Part shown: piece after piece, positions 56,101-62,645 of the stretch
Layout: each line of letters starts with the position of its first letter
Position numbering within the stretch: the stretch's first letter is position 1
Notes under the pieces: generated by a model
Seen by the model: the letters and a program-made list of their open reading frames with translations, nothing else
Databases searched by the model: none
Told to the model about the DNA's origin: nothing
Position numbers and translations under genes: made by a program
Assembly (NCBI GenBank): GCA_041736875.1
Contig: JBGSSV010000194.1
Location: 1,993 to 65,992 of the forward strand
DNA length: 64,000 bases
Origin: Chthoniobacterales bacterium
GTDB lineage: Bacteria > Verrucomicrobiota > Verrucomicrobiia > Chthoniobacterales > JACTMZ01
Direction of reading: 5' to 3'

Positions 56101-57312
56101 ATCCGACCACGCACCGATGGTGTTCATGCCCCACTGACGAAGCCTGCGATGGACGCGGTCGCGCGCCGGCTCCTGCCACGAGGGACCGAAGGTGCGGGCA
56201 AGGTTCGCAACCATGAATTGCATCTGGTTGTTCTTGATGGCCCCGCCGAAGAGCGGATCACCCTCCGCGGGCAGCCAGGCGAAGAGGGATTCGCGGCCCG
56301 GGATCGGCGTGACCTGTTCGAAGCCGATGCTGTTTGCACCGTGCGAGAAGAAGAGCCGCCCCTCGGGATCGATCAGCCACCATTTGCCGTCCACCTTCTC
56401 CACGCGGAAGAACCCGGTGGCCTGCAACTGCGGACCGTTAGCCCATCCTCCGAAACGATTGAACGAGCGGGGACCTTGGTCATTTCTGGCTGCGGCCAAC
56501 TCGGCCTCGTGCCGCTGCTTCAGTTCGCCTTCGTCATGCAGTTTCCCCGGCCAGTCCACTTTGCGGACCTGGCCGAACTCGTCAAGGTAGGGCAACTCCA
56601 ACCGGTCCGCATTCGCCTCGGCACCGTAAGGGTAGGCGAGGCTGATCACGAAGTCGTCCAGCGCCAAGGTGGAGGACGTGGACTGGATGACCAACCGGCA
56701 GGCGATGACCTTCGAGGGATCGAACGGTTTCCAGTGGTCCCGGTGGCCGTTGGGCTTGCCGCTTTGCTGGTTGAAGATCGGCGGCGTATCGTTCAGGTCC
56801 TTCGCGCGCTGGAAGGGAAAACCCAGCGTGGCCCGCTCGCCCGGCATGACGAACGCCTGCGACGGAGCGCTGTTGGCCCAGTCGAGCGCGCCCTTGTTGT
56901 CCAAACGGCCACGAATCCAGACCAAGCCCGGGCCGTTGTTGACGAAATCAATGCGGACAAAGCTGTAAGCTGAAACATCCCAGGAGCCCGAGGTCGGCGA
57001 CAGGATGACGTTCGCCCCCTGCTTCGGCATCTCGCCGGACAGCCGGAACGAGTCCTTGTCGCCCGGAGCGAAGCTCAAACCATCCGGACCTTTGCCCGTG
57101 ACATCCGTCAAGGCGCGCACCGGCGCGAGAAGATCCTCGATGGGTGTGGCGGAGGCTTGGCCGGATACCGCACCCGCAGCTCCCTCCCCGCTCGCCTCCT
57201 TCGGAGTGACCGCTTGGGAGGCAAGGACGAAACAAAAGCAACAGCCAAGAACAACGAGGAAGATGACGGCGGAAATGCGGAAGACAGACAGACGGAGGAA
57301 CGGATAGAACAT
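53152..57312 (-). CDS. membrane-anchored or secreted tandem double glycosidase: two complete beta-sandwich + GH-A (GH50/GH42-like) modules in one ~1386-aa chain
   Basis: ATG at 57312 gives MFYPFLRLSVFRISAVIFLVVLGCCFCFVLASQA; the tracked TTG at 57351 is an alternative. Module 1 has [37 protein letters not shown] and METEFHFGAPDRG. Module 2 has [50 protein letters not shown] and GAHWFQWRDQSAAGRYDGENFDVGLY. Confidence 0.8.
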   Translation of the reverse strand: MFYPFLRLSVFRISAVIFLVVLGCCFCFVLASQAVTPKEASGEGAAGAVSGQASATPIEDLLAPVRALTDVTGKGPDGLSFAPGDKDSFRLSGEMPKQGANVILSPTSGSWDVSAYSFVRIDFVNNGPGLVWIRGRLDNKGALDWANSAPSQAFVMPGERATLGFPFQRAKDLNDTPPIFNQQSGKPNGHRDHWKPFDPSKVIACRLVIQSTSSTLALDDFVISLAYPYGAEANADRLELPYLDEFGQVRKVDWPGKLHDEGELKQRHEAELAAARNDQGPRSFNRFGGWANGPQLQATGFFRVEKVDGKWWLIDPEGRLFFSHGANSIGFEQVTPIPGRESLFAWLPAEGDPLFGGAIKNNQMQFMVANLARTFGPSWQEPARDRVHRRLRQWGMNTIGAWSDAGLMADQRTPFTPILHLGGKGSPLGNKVVDPFAKDFKAGVVEGLRRIVPDKDNPWVLGVFIDNEIYWNEPFVQNAFLRGPEQPARIASVEWLKNKHGTIKKLNSAWGTSYDSWQAIGALPDAENETEGFKADLSDLKRLISGTYYRLCREAMREALPNHLYLGSRKHKADQEVYEESAKYVDVLSGNSYEPLSGSKVSKAGDMPCMETEFHFGAPDRGVPGVGLWPVGDQIQRSRAYVAYVLSGLKHPNIVGTHWFAFPDQSAAARPVSPGGSSGENYQIGFVDVTDTPYPEITRASRAMSERMYELGTDKSSTLLESLEKLWRGEVGAPGSESIPYRIEKSEGVKVSPGKEVQEIRGQGPFRLVLEPAHGEAWNMQNIRVLGLIVKNTGPTELVLDVMARNDGATTFSKSALGRTVIKSGETLPLGVAFQRTADYRAKHPAYLRMSGRPNGYFRHWHTFDPADVRDLVITCSTPEEHAFELGPMAPLQETDESLADVLPILDRYGQYLHRTWPGKVLSDDDIKAKAKVEDALVREIGPARDLNKYGGWQAGPQLKATGFFRSEKVKGKWWFVDPEGRLFWSFGANCIGIDFAGQTPTERDQAVFQDLPAADDPVFGRFHTKLEVEENFLARPDVPHFDFTRANLWRKYGEGWEKQQVDQDVERLKYTHLNTIGAWSDNAIIERREVPYVAMLHYVYPEAAPKLPDPFNPETRLSLRKALAGYPVKFANDPWCLGAFVDNELHWKNDARLLVGAIFGHSTTGSKARKVFIGWLKKKHGDIAALNRAWKTTLGSWDDLLKTTDPDLFSEADAADCSALATLFADTMFSMVREELTAYSPNVLYLGCRMNSGPSEVIAALARHADVISANIYSYHPELKQYGATDKPVLISEFHFADVSGNNLGGGLRSAQDAVQQGRLLKEFIAEAVKNPKLVGAHWFQWRDQSAAGRYDGENFDVGLYDVADGPNAELVRAMAACGRNLYGQ

Positions 57313-57474
57313 CAGCTTCGAGGGGACGAGGGGGGCTTTCGCAGTTGACAATGGAACATAATGTCAGACAAATATCAAACAGATTGTAGCAGCTTCGTTT
57401 GCGCCGAAAAAAACCGTCACCGAGGCCTGTTGCAGTTAGTGTTCTAAAGCCCCCCCTTCGATTGAACCACGCTC

Positions 57475-60400
57475 ATGATTGAAGTTCAAAACCAACGGCG
57501 CCCCCTTTTTTCGGCGGGCGCCCTCCTCGGAGCGTCTCTCCACTGCTTCGCAACCCACACTGCATTCGCTGAAATGTCCAACGCCGAAACCACCGCCTCC
57601 CCCACCCGGCCGAACATCATCATCATCAACGCCGACGACCTCGGATTCGGCGACCTGGGCTGCTACGGGGCGGACGGCATTCCGACGCCCAACCTCGACC
57701 GCATGGCGGCGGAAGGCGTCCGCTTCACCGATTTCTACGCCACGGCCGCGACGTGCACACCCTCGCGCTACAGCCTCCTGACCGGCCGCTATCCGTGGCG
57801 GAACCCGAAGGCCAAGATCTTGGCCGGCGATGCCCCGATGATCATCGGCAAAGACGAACTCACCCTCCCTGCCGCGCTGAAACGCGCCGGCTACACCACG
57901 TCCGTCATCGGCAAATGGCACATCGGCCTCGGCGACGGCACAATCGATTGGAACGGCGACATCCGCCCCTCCCCGAATGACGTCGGCTTCGACGAATCGT
58001 TCATCATGGCCGCGACGGCCGACCGTGTGCCTTCGGTGTATATCCAAAACGGACGGGTAGTGAACCTTGACCCCGCCGATCCGCTCGAAGTGTCTTACGC
58101 CAAAAGCAACCCGTTCCCCGACATGCCCACTGGGCTCACGCATCCGGAGTTGCTCACCATGCGCCACAGCGACGAACAGCACGCGGAAACGATCGTCAAC
58201 GGCGTCCCACGCATCGGGTTCAGCCGTGGCGGCAAATCGGCCACCTGGGACGACGCGACCATGACTGATGTGTTCCTGCAACAGACAAAGGACTTCATCA
58301 CCCGCCAGAAGGATTCTCCGTTTTTCCTCTACATGGCCCTGCACCAACCGCATGTCCCGAGGCTTCCATCGAAGCGCTTTGCGGGCACCTCGGAGAAAGG
58401 ACCTCGCGGCGATGTGATCATGGAGATGGATTGGATGGTCGGCGAAGTGCTCGACCACCTGAAGAAGTCCGGGCTCGATAAAAACACGATCGTCGTCTTC
58501 ACCAGCGACAATGGGCCGGTCTTGGATGACGGCTACGTGGACGGATCGGAGGAGCGCAACGGATCCCACCGCCCCGCTGGCCCGCTCCGCGGCGGAAAAT
58601 ACAGCTTCTTCGACGCAGGTGCCCGTGTCCCGACGATTGTGTGGGCGCCCGGCATGGCCAAGCCCGGCGAGTCCGATGCACTTCTCAGCCAAGTGGATTT
58701 CCTCGCCAGCTTCGCGCACCTTGTCGGCCAGGACCTCAAGCCTTCGGAAACAGCCGACAGCCAGCAACTGGCCGACGCCCTGCTCGGGAAATCCGAGAAG
58801 GGCCGCGACAACCTCGTCACCGAGGGATTCGGTGCGAAGACGCTCCTGCGCGAGGGACCCTGGGTTTACATTCCCCCCTACCCCGGTCCCCGTCTCTTTG
58901 GCGACAAGAACGTCGAGTCCGGCAATTCAAAGGTCCCACAGCTCTACGATCTTTCCTCCGACATCGGGCAAACCAAGAACGTTGCCCCCGAACACCCGGA
59001 AAAAGTCGCGGCCATGAAGGCCCTGCTGCAATCGATCCGCGCGCAGCCCACCAAGCCCGCGCCGGAAGCCAGCGCCGCCCGACCGCCGAACATCCTCTTC
59101 ATCCTGTGCGACGACCTTGGGATCAACGACCTGCATTGCTACGGGCGCAAGGACCACCATACGCCCCACCTCGACCGTTTGGCCGCGCAGGGAACGCGCT
59201 TCACGTCCGCCTACGCCTCCCAGGCTATTTGCTCGGCCTCACGTGCCGGCCTTCTCACGGGGCTCAACCCGGCGCGACTGCACCTTACGGACTGGTTGCC
59301 CGGACGCTCCGATGCGGTATCACAGCGGGTGCTCCATCCGGAGATCATGATGAACGTGCCGCTTTCGGTCAAAACCCTGCCGCGCTATTTCCGGGAGGCC
59401 GGCTACGCCACGGGAATGGTCGGAAAATGGCACATCGGCAAAAGCCCGGGGCCGGCCGAGCACGGGTTCGACTTTGTTTATCATCCCAGCGACGGCAAAA
59501 ACACCACGCCCTCGGAAACGGAAGGCGGCAAGGCGGAATACGAACTGACCCGCGAGACGATCGGGTTCATCGAAGCGAACAAGGACCGCCCGTTCGTGGC
59601 CTATCTCGCCCATTACACACCCCACATTTCCTACACCGCCAAACAGGACCTGATCGACAAGAACGCGCAGGCCTTCGAGCCGGTTTATGCGGCGCTGATC
59701 GAGACCTTGGACGATTCGGTGGGGCTCCTGCTCAACAAGCTCGACGAACTAGGACTGGCCGATAACACCATCGTCGTCTTCACCTCGGACAACGGCGGCC
59801 TCCATGTGCCCGAAGGCGGCCACGTCCGCGTGACCCACAACACTCCCTTCCGGGCCGGCAAAGGCCACACCTACGAGGGCGGCCAGCGGATTCCGCTCAT
59901 CGTGCGCTGGCCCGGCCATGTGCCAGCCGGCCGCGTGGTTGATGCGCCCGTCAACAATGTGGACTGGATCCCCACGCTGCTGGAAATGGCCGGAACGACC
60001 CCGCCAGACGGCTTCGACGGCGTCAGCTTCGCCCATGGGCTCACGGGAGGAGCGTTCCCGACAAGGCCGCTTTTCTGGCATTATCCGCACTACACCAACC
60101 AAGGCGGACGCCCCAGCGGCGTCATGCGGGATGGGCGGTGGCTGCTGGTGGAATACTACGACGAGGACAGAACGGAACTCTACGACCTCTCGGCGGAGTT
60201 GGAGCAAAAACAAGACCTGGCCGCCCGCGAACCAGCGCGCGTGGCCACCATGAAGACTGCACTCGCGGACTGGCGCCGGGCCAACGATGCCCAGCTCAAT
60301 ACGCCCAACCCCGAAAACGACGAGGAGGCCTTCCGCAAACTTTACATCACCGTCGACTCCAGCACATTCGATCCCACAACGGCTGACGAGGCCGCGTGGG

Positions 60401-60495
60401 CGAAGATGCAGGATTGGCGCCGGGAGATGAATCGTATGGCCTCGGAGAAGCGAAAGCATGATCAGCCGGAGGGCGGCTCTGCCGGCGCGCCATAG
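57475..60495 (+). CDS. tandem double sulfatase (two complete Cys-type sulfatase domains, 1006 aa)
   Basis: Signal-like N-terminus LFSAGALLGASLHCFATHTAFA. Domain 1 has PNIIIINADDLGFGDLGCYG and ATCTPSRYSLLTGRYP. After the linker QPTKPAPEASAARP, domain 2 has PNILFILCDDLGINDLHCYG and AICSASRAGLLTGLNP. Confidence 0.88.
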   Translation: MIEVQNQRRPLFSAGALLGASLHCFATHTAFAEMSNAETTASPTRPNIIIINADDLGFGDLGCYGADGIPTPNLDRMAAEGVRFTDFYATAATCTPSRYSLLTGRYPWRNPKAKILAGDAPMIIGKDELTLPAALKRAGYTTSVIGKWHIGLGDGTIDWNGDIRPSPNDVGFDESFIMAATADRVPSVYIQNGRVVNLDPADPLEVSYAKSNPFPDMPTGLTHPELLTMRHSDEQHAETIVNGVPRIGFSRGGKSATWDDATMTDVFLQQTKDFITRQKDSPFFLYMALHQPHVPRLPSKRFAGTSEKGPRGDVIMEMDWMVGEVLDHLKKSGLDKNTIVVFTSDNGPVLDDGYVDGSEERNGSHRPAGPLRGGKYSFFDAGARVPTIVWAPGMAKPGESDALLSQVDFLASFAHLVGQDLKPSETADSQQLADALLGKSEKGRDNLVTEGFGAKTLLREGPWVYIPPYPGPRLFGDKNVESGNSKVPQLYDLSSDIGQTKNVAPEHPEKVAAMKALLQSIRAQPTKPAPEASAARPPNILFILCDDLGINDLHCYGRKDHHTPHLDRLAAQGTRFTSAYASQAICSASRAGLLTGLNPARLHLTDWLPGRSDAVSQRVLHPEIMMNVPLSVKTLPRYFREAGYATGMVGKWHIGKSPGPAEHGFDFVYHPSDGKNTTPSETEGGKAEYELTRETIGFIEANKDRPFVAYLAHYTPHISYTAKQDLIDKNAQAFEPVYAALIETLDDSVGLLLNKLDELGLADNTIVVFTSDNGGLHVPEGGHVRVTHNTPFRAGKGHTYEGGQRIPLIVRWPGHVPAGRVVDAPVNNVDWIPTLLEMAGTTPPDGFDGVSFAHGLTGGAFPTRPLFWHYPHYTNQGGRPSGVMRDGRWLLVEYYDEDRTELYDLSAELEQKQDLAAREPARVATMKTALADWRRANDAQLNTPNPENDEEAFRKLYITVDSSTFDPTTADEAAWAKMQDWRREMNRMASEKRKHDQPEGGSAGAP

Positions 60496-60506
60496 GCATT
60501 CCTCTC

Positions 60507-61346
60507 ATGAACCTCACCCGAAGAAAGTTCCTTGGTCTTTCCGCTGCAGCCGCCGCCGCAATTCCGATACACGCGTTGGCTCAAGAGTCCGGCCAGGCCG
60601 GACCGTCGGGCTCGAAGAAAAAGGGCCTCGGCCTCGGGGCGAAAAATCCGTTCTGGCCCGGCATACTCACGGACCTCCGCTGCCGCTGGGTTTACACCTG
60701 GATGGGCAACGTGCCGCCCGACCTGCCCGAGGGGACAGGCTTCATTCCCATGATCCGCAGCGGCGGCATCACCAATACTGCCGCGATCGCCAAGGTCGCG
60801 GATCAAGCCAAGGCGAACAACATCACCGAGCTGCTTGGCCTCAACGAACCCGACGCAGCGAAGCAGGACGACATGACGGTCGAAGGCGCCCTCGAGGCCT
60901 GGCCGCTGCTGATGGAGACGGGTCTGCGACTCGGCAGTCCGGGCTGCGTCCATCCCGACAAGGATTGGATGGTCGAGTTCATGGCCGGCGTGAAAGAGCG
61001 AGATCTTCGGGTCGATTTCGTCTGCGTGCATTCGTATGGCGGCCCGAATCCGGAGGCGCTGGTCCAGCGGCTGGAGAAAGTGCACAAGATGTATGATCGC
61101 CCGCTCTGGATCACGGAGTTCGGTGTGGGCGACTGGGCGGCCAAGAGCGTCGAGGAGAACCAGCACTCGCCGGAGACGGTCCAGCGTTTCATGGAAAAAG
61201 TCCTGCCCATGCTCGACGACCTCGATTTCCTCGAGCGCTACGCGTGGTTTCCGTCCATGCCCGACAGCGGCCCTCTCGGCACCAGCGCGCTTTTCGACCA
61301 CAATGGAGAGTTGACCCCGCTGGGCGAAATCTACCGCGACGCATGA
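60507..61346 (+). CDS. Tat-signal GH128-like (Glyco_hydro_cc) glycoside hydrolase
   Basis: MNLTRRKFLGLSAAAAAAIPIHALA is a twin-arginine signal. KKKGLG...WVYTWMG, LLGLNEPD and PLWITEFGVGDW are the catalytic-core blocks. Confidence 0.75.
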   Translation: MNLTRRKFLGLSAAAAAAIPIHALAQESGQAGPSGSKKKGLGLGAKNPFWPGILTDLRCRWVYTWMGNVPPDLPEGTGFIPMIRSGGITNTAAIAKVADQAKANNITELLGLNEPDAAKQDDMTVEGALEAWPLLMETGLRLGSPGCVHPDKDWMVEFMAGVKERDLRVDFVCVHSYGGPNPEALVQRLEKVHKMYDRPLWITEFGVGDWAAKSVEENQHSPETVQRFMEKVLPMLDDLDFLERYAWFPSMPDSGPLGTSALFDHNGELTPLGEIYRDA

Positions 61347-61439
61347 TGCCGACCCCTTCGCGCATTTTGTGGCACCGGCACGAAACGCATCCCGCTTGAT
61401 CAGCCCTCTCTCCACCCTCCAACCCACCAACACACCCCC

Positions 61440-62285
61440 ATGATGACCCGCCGCAAATTCCTCAACCTCGCCGCCGCATCCGCCGCCGCGCTCTCCATCA
61501 CCGCCTGCCAACGTCAACCGGGATTCCTGGATGGAATCTTTGCCCGGGGTTCAAAGAAGAAGGGTCTTGGTCAGACCGTGAAAGTGCCTGAGTGGGCCCA
61601 GCGGCTGAGTGACCTTCGCTGCAAATGGTTCTACTCCTGGAACTCCGCCATCCCCGAGGGCATTCCCCGGGGCATGGAATTCATACCCATGATCTATCGC
61701 TACGGCGGAAAACCGGAGACGATCTCGGCCCCCGCCGCGGCGGCCAAGCAGGCGGGCATCACCGAGTTGCTTGGCTTCAACGAGCCGGACGTCAAGAAGC
61801 AGGGCAATATGACGTTGGATGAAACGCTGAACGCGTGGCCGCTGCTGATGGAAACAGGGATGCGCCTCGGCAGCCCCGGCTGCGTGCATCCCGACAAGGA
61901 GTGGATGATCAACTTCATGAACGGCGTGAAGGAGCGCGGCCTGCGGGTGGACTTTGTCAACGTGCACTCCTATGGCGGCCCGAGCGCCGAAGCGCTGGTC
62001 AAGCGGTTGGAGAGCGTCCACAAGATGTTCGATGAGCGGCCGGTCTGGATCACTGAGTTCGCGGTGGGCGACTGGGAGGCGAAAAGCGTCGAGCAGAATC
62101 GCCACAAGCCGGAGGCGGTGATGCGCTTCATGGAGAGCGTTGTCCCCATGCTCGACAAGCTGGACTTCGTCGAGCGCTACGCGTGGTTCCCGGCCAAGAA
62201 CACGAGCATTCCCCTCGGCACCAGCGCGCTCTTCGACGCGAACGGGGCACTCACCCCGCTGGGAGAGATCTACCGCGATGCGTGA
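61440..62285 (+). CDS. Tat-signal lipoprotein, GH128-like glycoside hydrolase (tandem paralog)
   Basis: MMTRRKFLNLAAASAAALSITAC has an RR motif plus a lipobox-like ITAC. It is collinear with 60507..61346 (KKKGLG, WFYSWNS, LLGFNEPD, PVWITEFAVGDW). Confidence 0.75.
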   Translation: MMTRRKFLNLAAASAAALSITACQRQPGFLDGIFARGSKKKGLGQTVKVPEWAQRLSDLRCKWFYSWNSAIPEGIPRGMEFIPMIYRYGGKPETISAPAAAAKQAGITELLGFNEPDVKKQGNMTLDETLNAWPLLMETGMRLGSPGCVHPDKEWMINFMNGVKERGLRVDFVNVHSYGGPSAEALVKRLESVHKMFDERPVWITEFAVGDWEAKSVEQNRHKPEAVMRFMESVVPMLDKLDFVERYAWFPAKNTSIPLGTSALFDANGALTPLGEIYRDA

Positions 62286-62520
62286 TGCCGGCGACGGGCG
62301 GGATTTGGGTGGCCTGCACCCGCTTCGGCCTGTTTATCACGTTCGGGCTCTACTCGATTCCCGCCGGCGTCTGGCCGCGCGAGAAGATGGGGAGGAATGA
62401 TTACGCGAGCGCAGAGTGGCCCTGGCCAGAGTCATCGGGAGGGATCCCCAGGGCGGATTACGACACGCTGCTCGTGAGATTCTGCCCCGACAAGTCCGAT
62501 GCGGAGGTGGGGGGGTCCGG
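62285..62520 (+). pseudogene. 5' fragment of a GH29 fucosidase paralog
   Basis: [60 protein letters not shown] parallels the 23296 gene ([67 protein letters not shown]). Similarity stops at a G7 run (62509-62515). There is no KHHDGF block and no signal peptide. Confidence 0.65.
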
Positions 62521-62645
62521 TTGGTCTCCGAGGCCAACATGCCCCCACGAGCGACGCGGAATGCATCGCTCGCATAAGCGATTGTGTAAAATAGACACGC
62601 GGCGCCACTGGACAGGCTGTCTGACTTGCGTTTGAGTGGTTGCGG

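Noticed and set aside
57345-57350. TTGACA hexamer in the divergent intergenic region as a sigma-70 -35 box for the double sulfatase.
   Set aside because: No acceptable -10 hexamer lies at a 16-19 nt spacing. CATAAT is only 6 nt away and TATCAA is 22 nt away. I cannot support a promoter call.
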